64,000 nucleotides of DNA, from positions 1-64,000 of IMG/VR virus record IMGVR_UViG_3300032216_001431; one strand, written 5' to 3'. This DNA is from a virus. Taxonomy: Duplodnaviria > Caudoviricetes. The translations under genes were made by a program, and so were the position numbers. Shown here one piece after another: positions 56,523 through 64,000 of the stretch (position 1 is the first letter of the stretch; every line of letters starts with the position of its first letter). The notes beneath the pieces are model-generated. The model ran no database searches. It had not been told where the DNA came from and saw only the letters and a list, made by a program, of their open reading frames with translations.

Positions 56523-57563
56523 ATGTTGACAGACACATACAGTCAGGCCCACGTTAGAGCAATCATTAACGGTTTGGGTCTAAAAATCTTTTCTGAAACG
56601 TATAATGATTTCTTATGCCTATGTCCTTTTCATGGGAATAGGCATACGCCTTCTTTTTCAATAAGTCATACGAAGGGTTTGTATCTATGCTTTAATCCTT
56701 CATGTGATGCATCGGGAACTATTTTAGATTTAGTTAAGCAGGTTTCTCACAGAAATGATTACGAGTCTTTAAGGTTTATTCAGTCTGTAAAAGAAGATTC
56801 AGATATTAACTTTGAAGATGAGTTGGCTTCGTTGTTAGAAGACAAGCCAGAGTTTATTCCATTTCCGTTGGAAAAGTTAAAAGAAATGCATCAGGATCTA
56901 CTAAAAGAAAATAACTATGCTGCATATGATTATTTGCTGAAGCGCGGAATCAGTGGTAACTCAATTGATTATTTTGGATTAGGGTATTCGTCTAAGCAAG
57001 ATATGATTATTGTTCCAGTGCATAGCCCAGATGGGATTCCCGTTGGTTTAGTTGGAAGAGGTATTAGTGAAAAGAAGTTTAAGAACTCAAACAATTTGCC
57101 AAGGTCGAAGACGATGTTTAACTTGCATCGCGCTAAAAAATTTGGCGGTACAGTCATCGTTTGCGAGTCAAGTTTCGATGCTATTAGAATTCATGGTGCG
57201 GGATTCCCAAACGTCATAGCCACTCTTGGTGGATATATCTCAAAGGACAATCTATCCAATTTGAATAGATATTTCTCAAAAATAATTATCATGACAGATT
57301 TTGATAATAAGGAAGAATACGTTGTAAGTAATTGTAGGAAGTGCTATCCTCAAGAATGTAAAGGTCACAATCCCGGCAGGGATCTTGGTGTGACGATTGC
57401 TAAGTCTTTGTTGAATAAAGATGTTCAATGGGCTTTGCATGATAGTAAGAATGTTTACCCAGACGGATGTAAAGATGCTGGGGACATGACAGATGATCAG
57501 ATCAAGCATTGTATAAAAAACGCTATAACAAACGTAGAATACTCTTCCCTAGATCTGTACTAA
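56523..57563 (+). CDS. dnaG: DNA primase (CHC2 Zn finger + TOPRIM)
   Basis: CPFH...PSF...CF..C; CESSFDA; MTDFD; KDAGD. Confidence 0.9.
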   Translation: MLTDTYSQAHVRAIINGLGLKIFSETYNDFLCLCPFHGNRHTPSFSISHTKGLYLCFNPSCDASGTILDLVKQVSHRNDYESLRFIQSVKEDSDINFEDELASLLEDKPEFIPFPLEKLKEMHQDLLKENNYAAYDYLLKRGISGNSIDYFGLGYSSKQDMIIVPVHSPDGIPVGLVGRGISEKKFKNSNNLPRSKTMFNLHRAKKFGGTVIVCESSFDAIRIHGAGFPNVIATLGGYISKDNLSNLNRYFSKIIIMTDFDNKEEYVVSNCRKCYPQECKGHNPGRDLGVTIAKSLLNKDVQWALHDSKNVYPDGCKDAGDMTDDQIKHCIKNAITNVEYSSLDLY

Positions 57564-57622
57564 ATGATATAATATTAATAAGGACAAACTACAAAGTCCA
57601 TTACACATTAGGAGAATACATT

Positions 57623-58276
57623 ATGGGTTTAGTTAAAGGCTTAAAGGCCATGAACAGTACACTAGATAGGCCGTCAGGCGGCGACGGACAGAAGGGCCGC
57701 TGGCTAAAGTTAGCCGACAATCAGAGCGTAAAAATTACATTTCTTCAGGAACTAGATCCTGATTCACCAACATACGATGAAAGCCGTGGGGCTGGGTTCA
57801 TTGCTATGGAACATACTAATCCAAAGGATTACCGTCGCAAGGCGCTATGTAGCATTGACGATCAGGGTCGTTGTTATGGTTGCGAGCAGCATCGTAAAGA
57901 TCCAAAGGCTGGCTGGAAGAGCCGTAGCCGACTTTATATTAATGTTCTAGTTGCAGATGGGACAGAAGATCCATACGTTGCTATCATGTCTCAGGGTTCT
58001 GGCCCTAAGTCAGCGACACCAGAAATTATTCAGTATGCTGGCGAGACAGGTAGTATTACAAATGTTACTTGGCGTTTGAAGCGTGTTGGTCAGGGAACAG
58101 AAACAAGTTACAGTATTATCCCTCTCCCAATTACAGATCAGCCAAAGGGCGACTTTGAACTGTTCGATCTTGAGAAGATTGCTGTTCGTGATGTTCCTTA
58201 TTCAGATCAGGCATCCTTCTACGATGGTCCAGATGCACCTTCGTCAGAATCATCGTCCACTTCGGATATTTGGTAA
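57623..58276 (+). CDS. single-stranded DNA-binding protein (gp32-like, Zn-binding)
   Basis: Start moved to ATG 57623 (AGGAG SD; TGATATAAT 57565-57573); H..C..CxxC; R.G.GT.T.Y; acidic tail ending in W. Confidence 0.75.
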   Translation: MGLVKGLKAMNSTLDRPSGGDGQKGRWLKLADNQSVKITFLQELDPDSPTYDESRGAGFIAMEHTNPKDYRRKALCSIDDQGRCYGCEQHRKDPKAGWKSRSRLYINVLVADGTEDPYVAIMSQGSGPKSATPEIIQYAGETGSITNVTWRLKRVGQGTETSYSIIPLPITDQPKGDFELFDLEKIAVRDVPYSDQASFYDGPDAPSSESSSTSDIW

Positions 58277-58294
58277 ATATAACTATGTGCTAGA

Positions 58295-58330
58295 GTGGGG
58301 TGGGTCAATAGATCCACCCCACACATATTT
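58295..58330 (+). terminator. hairpin / putative attenuating terminator between SSB and dnaE
   Basis: GTGGGGTGGGTC-AATA-GATCCACCCCAC then ACATATTT. Confidence 0.6.
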
Positions 58331-58341
58331 TAGGAGAAGCC

Positions 58342-61300
58342 TTGTCAGATTTTGTACACTTGCACGTCCATTCACATTATTCTTTGATGGATGGGCTTTG
58401 CTCTGCTGAAGAATTGCTTGGTGCTGCAAAGGATCTTGGTCAAAATTCGATTGCTATTACAGATCATGGAACTCTTTCTGGGCATCGTGAAATGCAGGCG
58501 GCAGCAAAGACTGCTGGGATGAAGCCTATTCTTGGAGTAGAAGCGTACATTTCTGAGACAGACAGATTTGATAAGCGTGACATTAAGAATCGTGATGATA
58601 ACACTCAAGTGTTTAATCATATTATTTTATTGGCGCGTGATCAGGAGGGGCTTAAGAATCTTCAGCATTTGTCAGAGTTGGCTTGGACGGAAGGATTTTA
58701 CAGGAAGCCTCGCATTGATTTAGAGATCTTGGGTGATTATGGCAATGGTATTACTGTTCTTTCTGGATGTATGAATGGTCTTATATCTAAGGCTATTGCA
58801 AAAGATAATCTTGATCGTGCAGAACAATTAACTCGCTGGTTTCGGGACCGCTTTGAGAATAATTTTTACATGGAGATTCAGCCGCACAATCCTGCGTCGT
58901 TGAATCATGAATTACTTAGGCTTGCAGATAAGTATGGTGTTGCCCCGATTGTTACATCAGATTGTCATTTTGCTACTCCAGATCAACGGGGCACAGAAGA
59001 GGCTTTGCTTATTCTGTCAACTAAGCCTTCTTATAACAAAGAAGCAGATTTTAGTCAGTCTCGTAAGATGGATTTGTTTGAAAGGTTTAATTATCTTTAT
59101 CCAGATCGTCCGATTAGTTTCCAAGACATTGATGTTTATGTTCAAGACAAGATGGGTATTTCAGATACGCTAAAGGCTCAGGGTATTGATCGTAATGATA
59201 TTTATGAGAACACTCTTGCAGTAGCGGATTCTGTTGGAGATTATGATTACATTGTTGGGAAGAATCTTCTTCCTGTTCCCAAGCGTAATGCTCATGACAA
59301 GTTGCGTGAAAAGTGTCTTGAGGGTTTAATTAATCGAGGTATCATTGATGATAGTGTTTACAATGATAGGCTTGACATGGAATTATCAGTAATCAAGAAA
59401 AAGGATTTTTCCGCTTACTTCTTAGTTGTTGAAGATATGATTACATGGTCAAAGTCTCAGGGAATTCTTGTGGGGCCGGGACGTGGTTCAGCAGCAGGCT
59501 CCTTGGTTTGTTATCTACTTGGCATTACAGAAGTAGATCCAATTAAATATGGATTGCTGTTTGGTCGATTTATTAATGAAGAACGAAACGATTTTCCTGA
59601 TATTGATACAGACTTTGAAGATGTTAAGCGTAGTGATATTAAAGAGTATCTTCGTAAGAAGTTTAAGCATGTGGCATCTATTTCAACTTATCAGTATTTT
59701 AAGGATAAGGGTGTCATTCGTGATGCTTCCCGCGTTTTTATGACTCCTTTGATTGAAGTTGATCGCGCAATGAAGACCGTAGACACCTTTGAGGATTTTG
59801 AAAAATCTCCAAACACACAAGAGTTCAGGCAGAAATATCCAGAGGTTCTGGACCTTGCTAGGAAACTTCGTGGACGCATTCGTGGTACAGGTGTTCACGC
59901 ATCAGGCGTCATCGTTTCTAATGTACCTATTGATAGGTATGCTCCTGTAGAGACTCGTAAAGATCCCGGTGATTCTGTTTCTGGTAGGATTCCAGTTATT
60001 GCATATGATATGGATCAGGCAGCAGATATTGGATTTATTAAACTAGATGTTTTGGGTCTTAAAACTCTGTCAGTCATTTCTGATACAGTTAAGATGATTG
60101 AGCAGAGGTACGGAAAAGTAATTGATCCAGTTAGCATTCCGTTAGATGATAAAAATGTTTATCACATGCTGTCTGTTGGTTTTACCAAAGGTGTTTTTCA
60201 GGCAGAGGCAACTCCTTACACTAATCTTCTTATGAAGATGGGTGTAGATAATTTTGAAGATCTAGTTGCTTCTAATGCTCTTGTAAGGCCCGGTGCTATG
60301 AATACTGTTGGTGCAACTTATGTTGCTCGTAAGCAGGGCAGGGAGCAAGTCAAGTATGTTCATGAAATCATGGAACCATTTCTTAAACAAACTTATGGTG
60401 TTGTAATTTATCAGGAACAGGTTATGCAAGCATGTGTGTATCTTGCTGGCATGTCTTGGGCAGATGCAGATAAGATTCGTAAGATTATTGGAAAGAAGAA
60501 GGATGTACATGAGTTTGATATATTCAAGGAACAGTTCGTTATGGGGTCAGCGGAACACATTGATAAGGAAGCCGCTGAGCAACTATGGCACGACTTTGAG
60601 GCGCACGCCGGATATTCGTTTAATCGTTCTCATGCCGTGGCATATTCCATGCTCTCATATAGAACCGCATGGCTTAAATACCACTACCCACTTGAATTCA
60701 TGTTCGCTCTGTTAAAGAATGAAAAAGACAATGATGCTAGAACAGATTATTTACTTGAGGCTAAGCGTCTGGGCTTGAAGATTATGCTTCCGCATGTCAA
60801 CAGGTCTGAGATTGACTTTTCTATTCAAGAGGACGGGATCAGGTTTGGATTAGCCAATATTAAGTTTATTTCAGATAATATTGGTAATAAGATTATTGAT
60901 GCTAGGCCGTTTAAAACGTATAGCGAGTTGCTTGAGTTTTCTCAAAAGCGTGGCAGTGGAATTAATTCTCGCGCTATTGGGGCATTGAATGCAATTGGTG
61001 GAGCGCACTTTGATGATAATCCTAAGACTGGTAGTGAGTCAGACAATCTTTATGAGTATCTTAATATCCCAAAGTTTGATCTTAGTAAGATTACTCCAGA
61101 GATAAAGGCTCAGATCACTCCGTTGGATGATTTTGAGGAACAGGGATGTTTTATTGTTATGGGTATGGTTAAGTCAATTAAGCGTGGTACAGGTTGGTCG
61201 CGGGTAGAGTTGGTGGATGATACTGGTTCTATTGGTATTTTCCATAATGAAAACACTCAGATAGAAACAAATACTATGTACATGTTCCTTGTAGGTGACA

Positions 61301-61617
61301 ATAGAATTCATCGATATGTTACTATTGATGATGTTGTAGAGAAAACGGACGATGTGTTTGTTCGTTATCTTAAAGCAGAAAAGATTCCTGCAAAGGATGG
61401 TGAGTACGCGGTAATTGATTTTACTCCGTATCGAACAAAAGCAAACAAGATGATGGGACACGTTATTCTTTCTAGCGGAGATAAACAGTTACGCAGAGTA
61501 ATCGTGTTTCCTAAAAATTATTCGTTAGCCCTTGGTAAGATGAAGCCGGGGGTAATCTGTGATCCGATTATTAATCGTATGGATGACGGAACCGTATTTG
61601 TAAAGGATATTAAATAA
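58342..61617 (+). CDS. dnaE: DNA polymerase III alpha subunit (family C)
   Basis: PHP HLHVHSHYS/TDHG, GRGSAAG, PDIDTDF, KLDVLGL, YSFNRSHA; TTG start with AGGAG. Confidence 0.96.
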   Translation: MSDFVHLHVHSHYSLMDGLCSAEELLGAAKDLGQNSIAITDHGTLSGHREMQAAAKTAGMKPILGVEAYISETDRFDKRDIKNRDDNTQVFNHIILLARDQEGLKNLQHLSELAWTEGFYRKPRIDLEILGDYGNGITVLSGCMNGLISKAIAKDNLDRAEQLTRWFRDRFENNFYMEIQPHNPASLNHELLRLADKYGVAPIVTSDCHFATPDQRGTEEALLILSTKPSYNKEADFSQSRKMDLFERFNYLYPDRPISFQDIDVYVQDKMGISDTLKAQGIDRNDIYENTLAVADSVGDYDYIVGKNLLPVPKRNAHDKLREKCLEGLINRGIIDDSVYNDRLDMELSVIKKKDFSAYFLVVEDMITWSKSQGILVGPGRGSAAGSLVCYLLGITEVDPIKYGLLFGRFINEERNDFPDIDTDFEDVKRSDIKEYLRKKFKHVASISTYQYFKDKGVIRDASRVFMTPLIEVDRAMKTVDTFEDFEKSPNTQEFRQKYPEVLDLARKLRGRIRGTGVHASGVIVSNVPIDRYAPVETRKDPGDSVSGRIPVIAYDMDQAADIGFIKLDVLGLKTLSVISDTVKMIEQRYGKVIDPVSIPLDDKNVYHMLSVGFTKGVFQAEATPYTNLLMKMGVDNFEDLVASNALVRPGAMNTVGATYVARKQGREQVKYVHEIMEPFLKQTYGVVIYQEQVMQACVYLAGMSWADADKIRKIIGKKKDVHEFDIFKEQFVMGSAEHIDKEAAEQLWHDFEAHAGYSFNRSHAVAYSMLSYRTAWLKYHYPLEFMFALLKNEKDNDARTDYLLEAKRLGLKIMLPHVNRSEIDFSIQEDGIRFGLANIKFISDNIGNKIIDARPFKTYSELLEFSQKRGSGINSRAIGALNAIGGAHFDDNPKTGSESDNLYEYLNIPKFDLSKITPEIKAQITPLDDFEEQGCFIVMGMVKSIKRGTGWSRVELVDDTGSIGIFHNENTQIETNTMYMFLVGDNRIHRYVTIDDVVEKTDDVFVRYLKAEKIPAKDGEYAVIDFTPYRTKANKMMGHVILSSGDKQLRRVIVFPKNYSLALGKMKPGVICDPIINRMDDGTVFVKDIK

Positions 61618-61820
61618 TGACTGAAACAGTAAATGAAGAAGATTATGTACCAGTATCTGCTGAATTAATTTTGGCAGCAGTTTTGAAGACATTGGGAACA
61701 GTTTCTGTTCCTACAGAAGCGTTAATGCAGACTTATGATCAGTATCAGATTAAGGTAGATCAAGAAGTTGAAGATGAAATTACTCTACAGTTGGTTGAGG
61801 TTTCAGATGACGAATCTTGA
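61617..61820 (+). CDS. small acidic hypothetical protein
   Basis: ORF track, coupled to dnaE. Confidence 0.7.
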   Translation: MTETVNEEDYVPVSAELILAAVLKTLGTVSVPTEALMQTYDQYQIKVDQEVEDEITLQLVEVSDDES

Positions 61821-62136
61821 TGAACTTTCGCTAGAACTTAATGATCTTGCTACACAAAAAGGTTTTTGGACACATGAGCCTGATATTAATTTTATGCTTG
61901 CCAAATTAGCCCTTATTCACTCAGAGGTAAGTGAAACTCTTGAAGCCTTAAGAAAGCAGAAAGGGCAAGATGCGGTAGAAGAAGAACTGGCAGATATTTT
62001 AATTAGGTTGCTTGATTTTGTGGGTGGGGCTAAAAAGTCTGGGTGGATTAGTCCTGCGTCTTCTTTTGAGCGAGTTGTTTTTGATAAAATTGAAATTAAC
62101 CGGGGCCGTCCTAAAAAGCATGGAAACCTGATCTAG
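61807..62136 (+). CDS. MazG-like nucleotide pyrophosphohydrolase
   Basis: LIHSEVSE.LEA.R...EELAD..IR..D; start moved to ATG 61807. Confidence 0.88.
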   Translation: MTNLDELSLELNDLATQKGFWTHEPDINFMLAKLALIHSEVSETLEALRKQKGQDAVEEELADILIRLLDFVGGAKKSGWISPASSFERVVFDKIEINRGRPKKHGNLI

Positions 62137-62165
62137 TAATCCGTATTCCTGTATAATAGAATCAA

Positions 62166-62450
62166 ATGACTGATTCCTACATCCTAGAGGGAATTGAAAG
62201 TGAATACCTTCTGGTTGTTAAAACTGAAGATGTAAATACAATATTGGCGATTATAGATCGCTTAGGTACAAGTCGCCTTAAATATATAAAAGACTTAGCC
62301 GCAGAATTAGAGAAGAGTTTACATGACGATGGTAGCAGAAGAAATTCTAGCAAGACTGGACCCAAAGACAAGGCAAAGAGTACAACTAGCAACAAAGGTA
62401 GACGCACAAAAGCAGCAAACCCCAAGTATCGGTCTAAACCTCGCTCTTAA
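62166..62450 (+). CDS. hypothetical protein overlapping recA
   Basis: TATAAT at 62152-62157 just upstream; basic tail encoded in the recA overlap. Confidence 0.55.
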   Translation: MTDSYILEGIESEYLLVVKTEDVNTILAIIDRLGTSRLKYIKDLAAELEKSLHDDGSRRNSSKTGPKDKAKSTTSNKGRRTKAANPKYRSKPRS

Positions 62451-63327
62451 GGGCGGTCTTGGTTATGGTCGTCAGGTTCTAATTTGGGGGAATAAGTCTG
62501 CTGGTAAGTCCTCGTTTTGCCTACAAATGATCGCTAAGGCTCAGCAAGAAGGTAAAACATGTGCGTGGATTGATGCAGAGAATTCTTATTCTGCTGAGTG
62601 GGCTGCCAAACTTGGTGTTGATTCAGAGAAATTAATTTATTCATCTGCTAAAACTATTAATGATATGGTTGATGTTGGTGTTCAGTTAATGGGAGCCGGT
62701 ATTGATATAATAGTAGTAGACTCTATCTCTGCCCTCCTGCCTGCCATTTATTTTGAGAAAGATGGAGAAGAGTTAAAAAATCTTCAGGACACTAAGCAAA
62801 TTGGTGCTGAAGCAAAGGACATGACTCATGCCGTTAAGATGCTCAATTACGCGAATAAGGATACGTTACTCGTTCTTATTTCTCAACAGAGAAATCAATT
62901 TGGGTCTATGCACGCATCACATATCCCAACCGGAGGTATGGCGGTTAAATTCTTTTCCAGTACTGTCGTTAAACTCTGGTCATCCGAAGCCGAAGCGAAT
63001 GCTATCAAAAATGGAATTCTTGTTGGTGACAAAATTATTGAGCAGAAGGTCGGACGACCAGTTAACTGGATTGTTGACTACAACAAACTTGGACCTCCCA
63101 ATCTCAGTGGACAGTATGATTTTTACTACCAAGGAAACGCAATCGGCGTTGATGGAGTTGGTGAAACGCTGGACGTTGCGGAAATGATGGGTATTGTTCA
63201 GCGCGGTGGTGCTTGGTATACAGTTGGAGAAGAGCGGTTGCAAGGTCGTGCAAAGGCTGTTGATTATCTCAGAAACAACCTAGACGTAGTTAAAAAATTA
63301 CAGGAGGAAATCTATGCCAGATCTTAA
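62323..63327 (+). CDS. recA: RecA/UvsX-like recombinase
   Basis: GNKSAGKS Walker A, IDAE, VVDSI, GG..VKF.S, GAWY. Confidence 0.93.
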   Translation: MTMVAEEILARLDPKTRQRVQLATKVDAQKQQTPSIGLNLALKGGLGYGRQVLIWGNKSAGKSSFCLQMIAKAQQEGKTCAWIDAENSYSAEWAAKLGVDSEKLIYSSAKTINDMVDVGVQLMGAGIDIIVVDSISALLPAIYFEKDGEELKNLQDTKQIGAEAKDMTHAVKMLNYANKDTLLVLISQQRNQFGSMHASHIPTGGMAVKFFSSTVVKLWSSEAEANAIKNGILVGDKIIEQKVGRPVNWIVDYNKLGPPNLSGQYDFYYQGNAIGVDGVGETLDVAEMMGIVQRGGAWYTVGEERLQGRAKAVDYLRNNLDVVKKLQEEIYARS

Positions 63328-63499
63328 AAGTTTTCTTGGTAAAGAGCCTGCTAATAACTATGAGGGTTGGGAAGAAGTCATGGGTGAGTATGGTTGCTCA
63401 ACTTGTGATGAATCTAGTAATGTTGCTTATTTTAACGAAATTCTTGGCAAGATGGTTTGGATTTGTCCAAATAAGCATGAAACAAGTTTTAAACTATGA
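63314..63499 (+). CDS. Zn-binding hypothetical protein
   Basis: CSTC...C...H. Confidence 0.7.
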   Translation: MPDLKSFLGKEPANNYEGWEEVMGEYGCSTCDESSNVAYFNEILGKMVWICPNKHETSFKL

Positions 63500-63810
63500 G
63501 TGAAAGATCAGAGATTAAACGCGATGGTGCTAAGGCACAAAAAAACTCTGGACGGGGGCAGTATCAAAAAGGTGATGCTCGTTGGAGAAACTTTGTTGTA
63601 GATTACAAAGAATATTCTAAATCGTTCTCTTTGAATAAATCTTCATGGGGTAAAATCTGTACAGATACTTTTAAGGTTAGTAGAGATTCATTTCCAGTTC
63701 TGAAGGTAATCTTGGGTGATGGAAACGAAAAAACAAGGCTGGCAGTAATTGAGTGGGCTTTGCTAGAAGACTTATTGGATTGTTGGGAGTTTAATAATGA
63801 CAGTGATTGA
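63496..63810 (+). CDS. Holliday junction resolvase-like PD-(D/E)xK nuclease
   Basis: E...NSG....KGD.....DYKE; position after recA. Confidence 0.75.
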   Translation: MSERSEIKRDGAKAQKNSGRGQYQKGDARWRNFVVDYKEYSKSFSLNKSSWGKICTDTFKVSRDSFPVLKVILGDGNEKTRLAVIEWALLEDLLDCWEFNNDSD

Positions 63811-64000
63811 TCAGGTGAGTGAACTTACTGAGTTTAATGAATTGAAAGAATTTATGAATGATCCCGACCTTGATGAGGCTTTGGATCTAATCGTTAAATT
63901 AATCTCTAAGCCTGATGTTCCTTCAATGAAAGCATTAGAGTTAATTGTTAAACTTCAGGCTTTGAGTGCAAAGTTTGCGATGCTTGCTAGGTACTATACC
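63797..64000 (+). CDS. hypothetical protein (partial; MTVIDQVSELTEF...)
   Basis: Hand-read ORF open to the window end. Confidence 0.65.
   Translation, partial: MTVIDQVSELTEFNELKEFMNDPDLDEALDLIVKLISKPDVPSMKALELIVKLQALSAKFAMLARYYT

Noticed and set aside
57509-57622. ORF-track N-terminal extension of the SSB gene
   Set aside because: It overlaps the primase and spans a promoter-like TGATATAAT. The SD-supported ATG is at 57623.
4776-63243. Many short antisense or alternate-frame ORFs inside long genes (e.g. 5550..5876, 10612..11025, 39729..40127, 62828..63187)
   Set aside because: Shadow ORFs of well-supported genes, with no SD, promoter or recognisable motifs.
4624-63327. Inteins or introns in nrdJ, dnaB, dnaE or recA
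   Set aside because: Protein lengths are normal, motifs are contiguous, and there are no intein C/S...HN junctions or LAGLIDADG motifs.
1-64000. Stop-codon reassignment or tRNA genes
   Set aside because: Long genes are intact in the standard code and use TAA, TAG and TGA as stops. Intergenic gaps are short and I saw no cloverleaf or T-loop signature.

Overview
The window is 64 kb of a large lytic tailed dsDNA phage (siphovirus-type). An actinobacterial host is inferred from gene content and order, which resemble Streptomyces BE/BK-like and freshwater actinophages; I cannot confirm this without a database search. Layout: (1) 1-~2.5 kb is a more GC-rich, minus-strand array of tiny genes built from repeated promoter and junction elements. 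(2) 2.6-9.0 kb holds an HNH nuclease, a GT-B glycosyltransferase, a class II ribonucleotide reductase and a LamG-like protein. (3) 9.1-51.4 kb is the virion module: portal, prohead protease/scaffold, major capsid, head-tail connectors, major tail protein, tail chaperones with a -1 frameshift, a 3677-aa tape measure protein, baseplate and many fibre/adhesin genes. (4) 51.4-64 kb holds a metallophosphoesterase, holin-like protein, DnaB, primase, SSB, DnaE, MazG-like protein, RecA and a resolvase. The most striking element is the tape measure protein, which reads as a modular cargo polyprotein. Five copies of a ~49-aa 'AxGG..GPG..D.IPA.LS.GEY' repeat and several short AxGG motifs separate an R-S-E ADP-ribosyltransferase-like domain, an AT-rich foreign module, a glycine zipper/coiled coil, an M23 peptidase, a lytic transglycosylase and a catalytically degenerate NlpC/P60 domain. 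Other notable signals are apparent avoidance of AGCT and CCWGG, a cassette-like early-gene array with an unusual promoter motif, a nested scaffold start, and a duplicated fibre plus 'IGWG' tip module. No tRNA, rRNA, CRISPR array, integrase, terminase or standalone endolysin was recognised.
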